Part shown: positions 27,952-38,305 of the stretch, one piece after another | Numbering within the stretch: position 1 is the stretch's first letter | Layout: the number at the start of each line of letters is the position of its first letter | Assembly (NCBI GenBank): GCA_963742415.1 | Contig: CAVULX010000003.1 | Location: 64,001-128,000 of the forward strand | Length of the DNA: 64,000 bases | Source of the DNA: an uncultured Parachlamydiaceae bacterium | GTDB lineage: Bacteria > Chlamydiota > Chlamydiia > Chlamydiales > Parachlamydiaceae | Reading direction: 5' to 3' | The notes under the pieces: generated by a model | Databases searched by the model: none | Seen by the model: only the letters and a program-made list of their open reading frames with translations | What the model was told of the DNA's origin: nothing | Translations under genes and position numbers: made by a program

Positions 27952-29688
27952 TCATATTTTACGAAAAAGGTTTTTGGCAGCGGCGATAAGATTTTGATTC
28001 AATTCTTGGCTTCGGCCTGAAAACCGTTTCTCTTCTATATCAAGAAGGAATTTGCGGGTCTCCCCTGAAATTCCTGTTTCAGGCAAATCTTCGGGGCTTT
28101 CCACCCCTCTTGGAATCGCTTTTTTTTCAGCCAGCCGCAAGATCAAAGATTTGTTGAGTAATTGATAAAACGTCGGTGAACTCATTGGGGTATTCATTGC
28201 CTCTTCAAAGAAATCGGTGCTATTTTTCGCCCGAGCTTTATGGGGGTGGGTTTGAAGATATCGGTAGAAAAATATCTCGACTAAAATTGTTCCAATACTA
28301 ACTGGAATAATCCACAAAACCCACCAAGAGCCAAAAAAGAGGGGTTGCAAATCGGATACAGAAAGGGGTTCGTTCCGATGGATTTCAATAAGTTTAGGAG
28401 CATTCGAAATCTCTTTTTCCTCTTTAGGAACTGGTTTTTCAGCGGCGGCTGGTTGTCCAATAGATTTTTCTGTTGATGAAGCTGCGGGTGCGGCTTCAGC
28501 TTCTTTTGGCACTGGAAGAGGGGTCACAGTGATCGGGATAGATTGACTTTTTAAAGTTCCATATGTTTGGGAGTCAGGAATAAAAAACGAAAATTCGATG
28601 GGGGGAATAGCTGTAACGCTGGCTGTCAGAGGGAAGATTTCTACGCTAAAACGTTTCGTAGGACCTTTGACTTCTTCTAGCGGGGGGAGATCTCCTAGTT
28701 GGAATATTCCACTCCAACCAGGCTGGCAGCAAAGATCTGGAAGAGGAACGTTGTCCATTGGTTCTTGACCGCTAATTTCGATGCTTAGCGTCATTTTATC
28801 CCCGATATGCACTTCCGAAGACGTCTTGAGGGTATCAGAAAACCCTTTAAAGGGACCGATAGCCCCATTGAAAGATGCCGGCATTCCTTGCGCTGGAAAA
28901 GGTTTAATCGTAATTTCTATCGGAACAGTGTCTGCTTGTAGCATAGGTTGTTGATAGAGATGGGAGCCAAAAGGGTCGTTCCTATAAACGTATCCTTCAA
29001 TATGCGCTCCATCGAATTGGAATTTCCCAGGTTTTTGAGCTTGGAACATTTGCGTGATTTCCCTCACACTGACGTTCCCTTCCACCTTGTCATTTATTTC
29101 TTGCGAACCGATTTTCACGAGGCCTTTTCCAACAAGCAGAGGAAGTAATTCCTTCGTCAATTCGATGCTGTCGTTGAATAAGTATCGGTATCCCATCTTG
29201 AATCTAATTCCAGGGAAAATGTTAGAAGTTTCTTCGAGGATCGTTTCCAATTTTAAAAATTTTTTACCTGAAGGTGTTGCTGCTGCTGCAGGAGGGGCAG
29301 ACAGCTTTCTAACTTCATAAGTTCCTTCAACCGACTTGTAAACCTGATTGCCAACTTTAACGCTGATGGAAGGAAGAACTTGCAACCCTTTTGGTCTTCC
29401 TGGAATTGTGAACCTATAATAAGAAACCTCGAGAGGATTAGAAGGGGAAATCCGGACATCCTCGATCAAATCCGCTTTTAAAGGGTGATTCTCCATTTGG
29501 AAGCTGTTAACATCGACCTTATCAGAGACGTCGTGGGTGATGGTAATAAGCCCTTTGATCGGTTGATTTTCCCATATCCCCTCTTGGTCAGTTTGGGCCT
29601 CGACTTTTACATCCAATGCAAATGCTGAAGAGGTTAGGAATAATAGACCCACAAGGAACAAAAAGGAGATATACAGCTTTTTTACCAT
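27952..29688 (-). CDS. batD: BatD-like protein
   Basis: Signal peptide, beta-rich repeats, PASFNGAIG motif and a C-terminal TM. Bat cluster context. Confidence 0.78.
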   Translation of the reverse strand: MVKKLYISFLFLVGLLFLTSSAFALDVKVEAQTDQEGIWENQPIKGLITITHDVSDKVDVNSFQMENHPLKADLIEDVRISPSNPLEVSYYRFTIPGRPKGLQVLPSISVKVGNQVYKSVEGTYEVRKLSAPPAAAATPSGKKFLKLETILEETSNIFPGIRFKMGYRYLFNDSIELTKELLPLLVGKGLVKIGSQEINDKVEGNVSVREITQMFQAQKPGKFQFDGAHIEGYVYRNDPFGSHLYQQPMLQADTVPIEITIKPFPAQGMPASFNGAIGPFKGFSDTLKTSSEVHIGDKMTLSIEISGQEPMDNVPLPDLCCQPGWSGIFQLGDLPPLEEVKGPTKRFSVEIFPLTASVTAIPPIEFSFFIPDSQTYGTLKSQSIPITVTPLPVPKEAEAAPAASSTEKSIGQPAAAEKPVPKEEKEISNAPKLIEIHRNEPLSVSDLQPLFFGSWWVLWIIPVSIGTILVEIFFYRYLQTHPHKARAKNSTDFFEEAMNTPMSSPTFYQLLNKSLILRLAEKKAIPRGVESPEDLPETGISGETRKFLLDIEEKRFSGRSQELNQNLIAAAKNLFRKI

Positions 29689-31509
29689 GGTTTAATCCCC
29701 CCTGTTTGAATAACAGGAGTTCCTCGAGGAAGGGTATCCTCCTGGTTCATTTCCAAAAGCTGACGGAGGATCTGATCCATAGAAGATGGTTGTTGTTCCG
29801 TTTTCTTTTCTTCTTTAGCACTTTCCTTCTTTTTCTGCTCCTCCCTTTTTTCCCTTTTCCCTCGACAAGAACCCTTGAATGCTTCTAAGGGCTTTTGCAT
29901 GGTCTTTGCAACTTGCCGCCATTTATTTAAAGCTTCTTCTTGCTTTTGCAATGCCAATCCATTTAAAGCCTCTGCGGCTGCGCTCTCGCCTTGATAATAT
30001 AGGGGTAAGGCTTCATCCCACGGGTGTTCTTGGCATCTGCTTTCTGAATCTGTTTTTGGGGTTTTATTAAATTGCTTTTCCTGCCATTTTAAAACAGCAG
30101 GAACGAACATTTTAGCGGTGCTGACGACCCCATTTTGGGCTTTTAAAACTGAGGCGGCAAGAGTCTGGTGATGATTGTCTGAAGTTGGCAATCGGGATAA
30201 AATCCTATTAAGAATAATAGCATCCTGCTGAGATTCTATGGCATCTTTTAAGTAGTCTAGGGGGCTATAGCCGCTCAGTTGCCGCAATTGTTGAAGCAGT
30301 TGGCGAACAATTTGCCGCCCCTCTTCCACATAAAAATTAGAGACAAGAAAATCGGCCTCTTTAAGAGCCTGATGGACTTGCTCTAAGCTATTTGAGCAGG
30401 TTGTAAAGAAGAACGGAGGGATGATGGAAGAAGGTCGATAGCTCGTTCTTGTTCGTTTTGCAAGGCGATTAATGTGGATTCGATCAAAGGGTCTTGCGTG
30501 AACGCATAGTTGTAGAAAGCAAGTAGCTTTCTCAAGATCTCTTCATGAGGGTCTATTCCCACGATCGTGTGGATGAGTTCGTTCAGATTCCCCTTGGCCG
30601 TTGTCCAGCTTTTTTGAGCTTCGGGAAATTTTTTTTCTTTAAGGGCATCTGCCCCTTTATCAAAGAGATTTTTTGCTTGTGAGAATAAGGTTTTTTCATG
30701 GGAAGCCGCACCCTCCATTTTAACAGCCACGCTTTCCCATAAAGGGATCCAGCTAGACACACCTTGTGCGGCTAAATTGATATAGTTTTGCTGGATAGGC
30801 GCATCCATTTTGCTCTTTTGCAAAAATTGGAGATTTCGAAATAGTTGCTCTAAACCAGCAAATAAAAGAGGATCCCTTCCGTGACATCAGCTTGATGGAT
30901 GCGTAGATCCCTCAGTTGCTCGACATGTGTGGCGTAATGTTCTTTTATGAGGATTTCGAGTTCCTTGAGTTTCGTGGAAGGGAAGCACTGGCCAGCGCCT
31001 TCAGCCTTTAGCAAAGCACAGTTGGCTTGAATGGCTAATGTTAAATTGTCGTGGGCTTCTCTATAGTAATATAGGCTTTTCTCCAATGAATCTGTCCCAT
31101 TTGTAGGGAGGCTATCGGCTAGTTTTAACAGCGCGATGATTGTGTTTTCTAAGATCCTTTTCCTCAGCAAAGGGTGGGTACTGGTTTCTAAAGGGATCGA
31201 ATGAAATGTAGATAAAGCCTGACCATAATTGCCTTGCTCTATATATGAAGTTCCTAAGTTATATAGTAGAACATTTTTTTGATGGGAAAGCAATTGCTCT
31301 GTAAGGAGCGATTCGTAAATATCTTGCGCCTGAATATATTGGCCAGCATCGACATATTCAGCAGCCTCTTTAAGCTGCCCTTCGACCGTTGAATATAGGG
31401 GCTTTGGCGCAATGAAGATGCAGACGAAAGGCAACAAAATTAAACGCAAAGGGTTAAAGACGAAAAGGGGGAAAATAAAACCAGCTTTCTGTTTAATTTT
31501 GTGCTGCAT
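29682..31509 (-). CDS. BatC-like TPR/helical protein split into three ORFs by frameshifts (~30860, ~30390)
   Basis: TPR LLYNLGTSY at the N terminus and a charged tail ending KPW. The fragments abut without RBSs and read on after single-base shifts. Confidence 0.6.
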
Positions 31510-32647
31510 TGAGTTCCTGCGAGTTTTCAGGGGTTCCTTTTCTTTGTTTTGTATCGGGCCACAAAAGGACCATACCTAACAGCAACAAAGCGATTCCGAG
31601 AGGGTATTGATAATACAAATCATAAACAGTCTGTTGGTTGGCAGTTAATGACGTTATTAAAGAAGTTTCATCTTGATAGGGATTATCCTGATTGATGTCT
31701 TTTATAATTTCTTCAGCCAAGCTAATGGCTGTGAATTCACGCGCCGGAAGATAAATTCCTCGGCCATGTGCCGCCAGCCTGCGCATGAGTTCTTCATCTA
31801 GGGAACTATGAACAGAATGCCCTTCAAAAATCAAGCCGGGAATCATTCCTCCTTTCGAGGAACCTATTCCTACTGTGATGACGCGCAGATTCATTTGAGG
31901 ACCTTCTATCAGGTCGAATAAAGATTTCATCTTTTGATTCAACAGCTCCCCTTGAAGCCCCTCCATCGAAGTGTCTTCCCCATCGGAAAGAATGACCAAA
32001 GTTTTTAGCTCTGTAGAGGGCCTTAAGAGATATTTCTTCTGTACTTCCTGAATGGAACTAAAAAAGTCTGTGCCAGCCACCCCACCTTCATTGATGTCGA
32101 TCGACCTTACCATTAACCGTAAAAATAGATAATCCATGGTCACCGGCGACATCAGTGTCGGTTGTGAAGTGAAGGCAAAAAGCGTCGATTGTTCCCCGCT
32201 TAGGCGCCGGATCGTTTGATCCGCTATGTCTTTAGCGGTATCAAGCCTCGATGTTTGATTATATGTATCTGTCACTGACATCGATGCAGAGGCGTCGATA
32301 AGAAAAATGACATTGTGAAAGCGGCGCTTCAACTTAACTTCGACGTTTTTGACTTGAGGTTTTTTCTTCTGACCTTGCTTTTCTTCTGGATAATGCGCAT
32401 TTCCTTGAGGCCCCATCAATGCAGCCACACACAAAAGCCAAACCATCGACAGCATCCCCACTTTGCTCCAATAAATCACATGGGGGCGCTCAACTAAGAT
32501 GCGCTGTAAAACTTTCGGATCGCCCCATAAATGCAAAGCAGTGTTGCGATACATAAATAGCGACCATGCAAGCCACAACGGGATAAAAACGAGGAAAAAG
32601 GCAAATGCAGCTTGAGGCGAGATATAAGTGAGGTCTTGCGGAATCAT
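31493..32647 (-). CDS. batB: BatB-like VWA membrane protein
   Basis: IDASASM MIDAS, PVTMDY, GTD, ILSDGED and VGIGS..GG. Confidence 0.82.
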   Translation of the reverse strand: MIPQDLTYISPQAAFAFFLVFIPLWLAWSLFMYRNTALHLWGDPKVLQRILVERPHVIYWSKVGMLSMVWLLCVAALMGPQGNAHYPEEKQGQKKKPQVKNVEVKLKRRFHNVIFLIDASASMSVTDTYNQTSRLDTAKDIADQTIRRLSGEQSTLFAFTSQPTLMSPVTMDYLFLRLMVRSIDINEGGVAGTDFFSSIQEVQKKYLLRPSTELKTLVILSDGEDTSMEGLQGELLNQKMKSLFDLIEGPQMNLRVITVGIGSSKGGMIPGLIFEGHSVHSSLDEELMRRLAAHGRGIYLPAREFTAISLAEEIIKDINQDNPYQDETSLITSLTANQQTVYDLYYQYPLGIALLLLGMVLLWPDTKQRKGTPENSQELNAAQN

Positions 32648-33780
32648 GGCACCCTCTTCATCAATGTGGCATTGAGGAGAGCAGCAGCTAGCAGCAAAAT
32701 TAATGCGGCTCCAATAAAATAGGGATATAAATAGATTTGCCTATAAAGACGGGGCAAGTTCTCTTTCGAAACAGCTTGCTGCAACTGTTTTAAGAGCTCT
32801 TCTTGTTGAGAAAAAGAGGTTTTTTCTAAATGGTCGATTTGATCGTAAATTTGATCCAAGCTGACTCCTCCAGTCACTAAATAAAAGTCCCCTCCTGTCA
32901 ATTTCGCAGCTTCTTGCATCTGGCGGCGGTGCGGTGCGAATTCGGGTGTCGCTATCTGCGGTTCGACATTGATAATATAAAGTCGGATATTTTGTTGTTT
33001 CGCATATTCAGCTGCGTCGGGAATATTCATACTGCGCAAACGATTCCCTTTGTCCAAAGGATTAGACTCTTGAACCCCATCCGTCACTAAAATCATAATA
33101 GCGCTTTTGAGATTATAAGCAGGTTCCCCCTCCTCAATTAAGTCCATCGCATAATGCCTTGTAGCCGAAATTAAATTTGCCGTCTTATAAATCGCATAGC
33201 CAATCGATGTGCCCTCTTGATCTTTAGCTTTTTGAATCGAAAAGTTTTTCAGCACTTCCAAAAGAGACCGGTGATCAAGAGTAAGCGGAGCTAACACCTG
33301 GGCGCCGCGTGAAAACCCAATGATCCCAATCATGTCATTAGGCCGTTCTTTGATAAAGTCTGTCGTGACAAGTTTCAAAAGGTCAATTTTCGGAATGTGG
33401 CGGTGGTTCCCATTGGGTAGGACAGCATCGATCCGCTCAGCCATCGAACCCGATTGATCCAGGATTAAATAAATGGCGATCCCTTCCACAGGTTCAGGGC
33501 TAAGATTTTGAAGATTTTCAGGCGATTTTGGCAAAAAGAAATGGGGGTTGATGAAAGCAATCCATAAACAAGCCAAAGCGGTGTATTCGAGTGTTTTTGG
33601 AAGTCGAGAAAAATTTTGACGCCAGCTCGAAGGGGCAGCCAAAAGGGGGTCGAGATTTGAAAACTTGAATTTAGGAGTAAGAAAGCGTTGAGACCAAAGG
33701 TAGAGAAAATACCCCCCAACAAGGATTATTAGTCCGAAATAGAAGGCCTTTCCATCTATCGCAAAAGATATATCACCCAT
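32644..33780 (-). CDS. batA: BatA-like VWA membrane protein
   Basis: LDQSGSM MIDAS, RPNDMIG, APLTLDH, GTSIG and LVTDG. Confidence 0.85.
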   Translation of the reverse strand: MGDISFAIDGKAFYFGLIILVGGYFLYLWSQRFLTPKFKFSNLDPLLAAPSSWRQNFSRLPKTLEYTALACLWIAFINPHFFLPKSPENLQNLSPEPVEGIAIYLILDQSGSMAERIDAVLPNGNHRHIPKIDLLKLVTTDFIKERPNDMIGIIGFSRGAQVLAPLTLDHRSLLEVLKNFSIQKAKDQEGTSIGYAIYKTANLISATRHYAMDLIEEGEPAYNLKSAIMILVTDGVQESNPLDKGNRLRSMNIPDAAEYAKQQNIRLYIINVEPQIATPEFAPHRRQMQEAAKLTGGDFYLVTGGVSLDQIYDQIDHLEKTSFSQQEELLKQLQQAVSKENLPRLYRQIYLYPYFIGAALILLLAAALLNATLMKRVP

Positions 33781-33803
33781 TTTTGACTCTATTCAATAGA
33801 GGT

Positions 33804-34619
33804 CTACTCCACTCCAAAAATATTTAAAAGCCGATCCAGGTCATCGAGATTATAATAATCGATCGTAATCTTTCCCCTTTTACCTCGACCTTGGATAGTA
33901 ACCCTAGTTCCCAACTTCCGTTGAATTTTTTCTGCGAGCTGTTCTAGAAAAAAGTCTCTATTCGTATAAACCAAAGACTGCTTTTTTGCCTTTTCAGCAA
34001 TCCTCAAAGCCGCTTCCTCGGTCTCCCTTACTGTTAAATCATCCCTCAGAACCAGCTGATGCAAAAGATTTTGCTTTTCAAAACCTTCTAGGGAAAGGAT
34101 CGCCTTCGCATGCCCCATCGTGATGAGGTCAGCAGAGACACTATCTTGAATGTTTTTGGGCAATCCAAGCAAACGCAAATAGTTTGCGACGGTCGATCGC
34201 TTTTTCCCAATTCTAAGGGCCAATTCTTCTTGCTGAAAACCAAATTGCTCTATCAAGCTGCGAAGGGCCTTAGCAATTTCAATCGGATTAAGATCGACCC
34301 GTTGAATATTTTCAATCAAAGCGGCTTGGGCCGAAACGGGGTTTGATGTACGGCGGACCAAAACAGATATTTTGTCTAAACCCGCCAATTGCGCAGCTCG
34401 GAAACGTCTTTCTCCTGAGACGAGCTCATAATTGCCGTTCCCTTCAAGCGGGCGAACGACAGGGGGATGAATCAATCCAACAGCTCGGATCGATTGAGCC
34501 AATTCTTCCAATTCTTCGGCTGAAAAGCGGCGTCTGGGCTGGTAGGGATTGACAACGATGCTATTTAAAGGAATTTCTAATAATTCTTCGTTTGCTACAG
34601 CGGTGAGAGTTGCAGTCAT
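33804..34619 (-). CDS. parB: Chromosome partitioning protein ParB
   Basis: NPYQPRRRF, GERRFRA, ENIQRVDLNPIE and HTH KKRSTVANYLRLL. Start set at MTATL. Confidence 0.95.
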   Translation of the reverse strand: MTATLTAVANEELLEIPLNSIVVNPYQPRRRFSAEELEELAQSIRAVGLIHPPVVRPLEGNGNYELVSGERRFRAAQLAGLDKISVLVRRTSNPVSAQAALIENIQRVDLNPIEIAKALRSLIEQFGFQQEELALRIGKKRSTVANYLRLLGLPKNIQDSVSADLITMGHAKAILSLEGFEKQNLLHQLVLRDDLTVRETEEAALRIAEKAKKQSLVYTNRDFFLEQLAEKIQRKLGTRVTIQGRGKRGKITIDYYNLDDLDRLLNIFGVE

Positions 34620-34697
34620 ATTTTTCTTTACAGAAATTTTATTTCCTTTATGATTAATTTCTATTCCATTTTTTGTCATTAATTTAAAAGCAGAGAC

Positions 34698-35498
34698 ATG
34701 AATAAAAAACAACCGCAACCGCCCCAAGCCGAATCCTTTCAATGGCACGAAGCACTCGGGGAAAGTAGGGGAATCCAATGGCTATCAGACCATGGAAAAA
34801 ACCTTCTTTGGATATTGCTTGCAGGTTTCTTGACCTTTCTTCTCATCTATAGGCTCACAGGGGGAAGTAAAAATGGGGTCGAGCAAGACTATTTTAAAGC
34901 AGAAAATGACTTTGCCTCTATCCGTAAAGCAAAAGATTCAAAATCTCAACTTGAAGAGCTAAACAAATTCACAGCCCTTTTAATGAAAAGACCTGAGCTC
35001 CAATCCAAATATGATGGAATGGTTGCCCAACTCCTCTTGGATGAAGGGGATCTAAAGCAAGGGGAATTTTTTGCTGAACGGACCCTTTCGCGTGTATCAA
35101 AGAATCATTTGCCTTTATATGTCGACTACGCCAAAACCTCTTTGGTCATCTCCAATGGAAAGTATGAAGAAGCTTTGACCCAGGCGGAAGCTTTAAAAAA
35201 AGAGATGATCTCCCAAAATGAAAACCCTGATAAGACAAAAGAATTTGGGGATGTTTTATATCTCTTTAACTTATTACGGATTGCGATGCTTCATCAACAT
35301 TTGAACCGCAACGCAGAAGAGTTGAACGCATGGGAAGAGTTCAAGAAAGCCCCTGTGCAAAGTAGTGAGCACGCCTATGTGGTTAATCCTGAAGTGTTTG
35401 AGAATTTTGCCAAACACCTACAAGAAGGAAAAGCCTCAATCTTTAATTATATTGAAGCCAGAGAAAAAGCATTAAAGTTATCAAGTTCAAGACAATAA
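34698..35498 (+). CDS. Membrane-anchored helical hypothetical protein
   Basis: Single N-terminal TM segment followed by TPR-like helices. Confidence 0.75.
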   Translation: MNKKQPQPPQAESFQWHEALGESRGIQWLSDHGKNLLWILLAGFLTFLLIYRLTGGSKNGVEQDYFKAENDFASIRKAKDSKSQLEELNKFTALLMKRPELQSKYDGMVAQLLLDEGDLKQGEFFAERTLSRVSKNHLPLYVDYAKTSLVISNGKYEEALTQAEALKKEMISQNENPDKTKEFGDVLYLFNLLRIAMLHQHLNRNAEELNAWEEFKKAPVQSSEHAYVVNPEVFENFAKHLQEGKASIFNYIEAREKALKLSSSRQ

Positions 35499-35762
35499 AC
35501 TTGCAACTTTTTTAAAGAATTTGTTACACATCACATTAAGTGATATTATGCCCAAAACCAGTGGGACGCCGGAGCACAAAAGGAGGTGACACAAGTCAGT
35601 GGCAAGCTCGAAACCACGATCTTTGGGTTTTTGGAAAAATGAGTCAGAAATAGAACTCGCCACAGTAGGACGTTAAGTTGGCTGTGCGAGATTAAAAATT
35701 AAGAGGGGAACAACTGTTCTCTCGAAGCTGCCCTTGAAATATAAGGCAGATGGAGATTAAAC

Positions 35763-35936
35763 GTGAGTCCGAAGCAAAGCTCACTCGCGTTTGATGAGTT
35801 CAATGAACAAAACCACGGACATGAGCATGAAGTGCGTTTTGAACCAGAATTGAATCTACTTGTCAATACGCGACTTATCGGTGGCTCTTCATCGCAAATC
35901 ATTGAGATTTCAGGAAGAGTGACAGTTTCTTTCTAA
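35763..35936 (+). CDS. Unannotated small protein (57 aa)
   Basis: GGAGA RBS then GTG. Translates as MSPKQSSLAFDEFNEQNHGHEHEVRFEPELNLLVNTRLIGGSSSQIIEISGRVTVSF and is followed by a terminator. Confidence 0.55.
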   Translation: MSPKQSSLAFDEFNEQNHGHEHEVRFEPELNLLVNTRLIGGSSSQIIEISGRVTVSF

Positions 35937-35958
35937 TACAGAAAGGAAAACAAATCTT

Positions 35959-35993
35959 AAGGCGGCTAAAGCTCTTCAGCTTCAGCCGCCTTT
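35959..35993. terminator. Intrinsic terminator, possibly bidirectional
   Basis: AAGGCGGCT..AGCCGCCTTT hairpin between convergent units. Confidence 0.7.
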
Positions 35994-36038
35994 CTAATTT
36001 GGAAGCATGAAAAGTGTACAAATTAATTTTTTGGATTT

Positions 36039-36500
36039 TTAAGACATTAAATTTGGATGAAATTCATTAAGCCAATTAATAACATCTTTCTTAAATTCAA
36101 TGACTTCATTCAAAAGTTCTTTAAGATCAGATTCAGAAATTTCACCAACTCTATCATAGTCGGTAACGTTTCTTTTGGCTCGGCATGCATCAAAATAGTT
36201 TGACCTTTGCCTTTGGTTTTTATCCATAAAGTCTGGAAAAGATAAAATGGTTATCCAATGATGCCCTCCAATACTAGACTTAACGCGATACCCAGCTGCA
36301 TGCATAACTATTGTTGCAAGTTGGAGGGCTGCATTATATGCAGTAGCAAATCTTCTGTCAGTAGAAAGCTGTTTAATTTTCGCGTCTTTTAAATCACGAT
36401 CAACAAGTTTAAATAAATTTAATATTTCAATTTTACTTGTTGAATGTTGTTGTAAACGACCTTCACTTATCCATTTTTTTAAACTCACTTTCTTCTCCAA
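36039..36500 (-). CDS. HEPN-family protein (putative toxin)
   Basis: FATAYNAALQ, GYR..GGHH and RAKRNVTDY. Overlaps the upstream MNT gene. Confidence 0.72.
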   Translation of the reverse strand: MEKKVSLKKWISEGRLQQHSTSKIEILNLFKLVDRDLKDAKIKQLSTDRRFATAYNAALQLATIVMHAAGYRVKSSIGGHHWITILSFPDFMDKNQRQRSNYFDACRAKRNVTDYDRVGEISESDLKELLNEVIEFKKDVINWLNEFHPNLMS

Positions 36501-37056
36501 CTAACCAGATTTTAGGACTGTGCAAAATTTCTTTTACAAATGGATTTTTATTTTTTACTTTTTTGTTAAATTCTTTTTCAGAATATACTGTAGGATTTAT
36601 TTCTCTTCCTAATTTTCTTCGAGATTCGCTTAAAATATTTGCTATATCGCGTATTCCTAGATCACCGATTATAAATAGGTCAATATCACTGTTCGATGAT
36701 TCTTTTCCACTTGCCATAGAACCGTAAATAAACCCGAATGTAATTTTCTTTTTTATTGGCTTCAAATCTTCTTTTAACAAATCACCAAAAAGAACTGTTT
36801 TAAATAAAGCATGTTTTATGTCTTGAAATGCTGGGTGTTTCTGGTTTGCTTTATAATAAGAGCGATTTCCTGATTTAGTTTTTTCGATTAATCCCGTCTC
36901 TTCAAGACGTTTTAACGCTCTCTGGACTTGTATTAACGCATGTCTTGTGAATTCGACAATATTCGACTGATAAAACACCTCGTCTGGATGAGTCAAAAAA
37001 ATAGACATAACATCCACGAAAGACCGGTTAGGAAACAATTTGATAAAATGATTCAT
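36463..37056 (-). CDS. wHTH plus minimal nucleotidyltransferase (MNT; putative antitoxin)
   Basis: VQRALKRLEETGLI wHTH, YGSMASG..SDIDLFIIG and LGREINP. Confidence 0.85.
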   Translation of the reverse strand: MNHFIKLFPNRSFVDVMSIFLTHPDEVFYQSNIVEFTRHALIQVQRALKRLEETGLIEKTKSGNRSYYKANQKHPAFQDIKHALFKTVLFGDLLKEDLKPIKKKITFGFIYGSMASGKESSNSDIDLFIIGDLGIRDIANILSESRRKLGREINPTVYSEKEFNKKVKNKNPFVKEILHSPKIWLVGEESEFKKMDK

Positions 37057-37058
37057 AG

Positions 37059-37096
37059 CACAACAATTTTTAGTCGATTAACTACATTTTGTTGTG
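37059..37096. promoter_or_regulatory. Imperfect palindrome abutting the MNT start codon; putative operator
   Basis: CACAACAATTTTTAGTCGATTAACTACATTTTGTTGTG, with 8-bp perfect outer arms. Confidence 0.5.
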
Positions 37097-37203
37097 AAAA
37101 TATCACTTATTTATTTTTGTGTAAAGTACGAACCTCTTAATAAAAAGTTTGACCGAATGTGAGTTTTGGAGATATGCTACCGCTATTTATCATGTGATTT
37201 GTT

Positions 37204-38292
37204 ATGCGAATCTCTATTCCCAAGTTCCGCTGTGATATTGTTCTTACAGATAAAGACTTGAGCAGCTTAAGTGAATTCTTTGCCAAAAACCGAGAAGCTT
37301 ATTCAAGCTGCGCCATTGTTTCAAACGAAGATGCCTATGCCCGCTACGGGCAACAAATTTTGCAAATTGTGCAAGCGCAACATTTTCCTATTCATCCTAT
37401 TTTACTGCCTAGAGGGGAAAATGCAAAAACACTAGAGGCCGTTTCCCAGTGTTGGAACGAAATGCACGGAAAAGGGTTGGATCGGAAATCGATTATCATC
37501 GCTTTGGGCGGAGGATCGATCACCGATGCTGCAGGCTTTGCCGCTGCTTGTTATATGCGGGGAATCGATTCTATCAACATCCCCACGACCTTACTGGGAA
37601 TGGTCGATGCCGCCATCGGGGGCAAAACGGGGATCAACATCCCTTCAGGAAAAAATTTGGTCGGCGCTTTTCACCATCCCCGCCTCATTCTCATTGCACC
37701 CCATTACTTGGAAAGCTTGCCTGAAAGGGAATTCCGCTCGGGCCTCGCCGAAGTGATCAAGGCAGGGATCATTTGGGATGCCGATTTGGTCGACTTCTTA
37801 GAGCACTTTTTGCCTAGTGTCCTAGCAAAAGATGGGGAAAAAATTAAAACGATTCTCGCACGCGCTTGCAAGATTAAAGTGGAGATCATCCGGATGGATG
37901 AAAAGGAAAAAAGTCTCCGTTCCATCCTCAATTATGGTCACACTTTTGGCCACGCCATCGAAGCCTTAACTCATTACACCGAATATACCCATGGGGAAGC
38001 TGTTGCCATAGGGATGAGTTGCGCTGCCTTCACCGGACTCGAGCTGGGATTAACAGACAGTGACTTTGTTCGGCGGCAAGACGCTTTATGTCAAAAGGCC
38101 GGTTTGCCTACCCAACTGCCAAAAAATATCGACCTAGATGCTTTAATTCTTCAGATGTTGCGCGACAAAAAGAATATTGGTGGAAAAATCCACTTGCTTG
38201 TTCCTCGCAAAATAGGCAAAGTAGACAAGATTTGCGATGTTGAAACCACCATCATCCACCGAGCCTTATCAAAAAAATCATCTGAAAATTAG
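37204..38292 (+). CDS. aroB: 3-dehydroquinate synthase
   Basis: GENAKT, LGGGSITD, PTTLLGMVDAAIGGKTG, LNYGHTFGHA and HGEAV. Confidence 0.96.
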   Translation: MRISIPKFRCDIVLTDKDLSSLSEFFAKNREAYSSCAIVSNEDAYARYGQQILQIVQAQHFPIHPILLPRGENAKTLEAVSQCWNEMHGKGLDRKSIIIALGGGSITDAAGFAAACYMRGIDSINIPTTLLGMVDAAIGGKTGINIPSGKNLVGAFHHPRLILIAPHYLESLPEREFRSGLAEVIKAGIIWDADLVDFLEHFLPSVLAKDGEKIKTILARACKIKVEIIRMDEKEKSLRSILNYGHTFGHAIEALTHYTEYTHGEAVAIGMSCAAFTGLELGLTDSDFVRRQDALCQKAGLPTQLPKNIDLDALILQMLRDKKNIGGKIHLLVPRKIGKVDKICDVETTIIHRALSKKSSEN

Positions 38293-38305
38293 GATTGATA
38301 GAACA

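Noticed and set aside
35551-35600. c-di-GMP-I riboswitch (AAACCA..GTGGGACGC resemblance), or tmRNA, RNase P, SRP or 6S RNA
   Set aside because: The GNRA-capped stem and downstream GCAAAGC are absent. No hallmark sequence or long-rod pairing of the other RNAs was seen.
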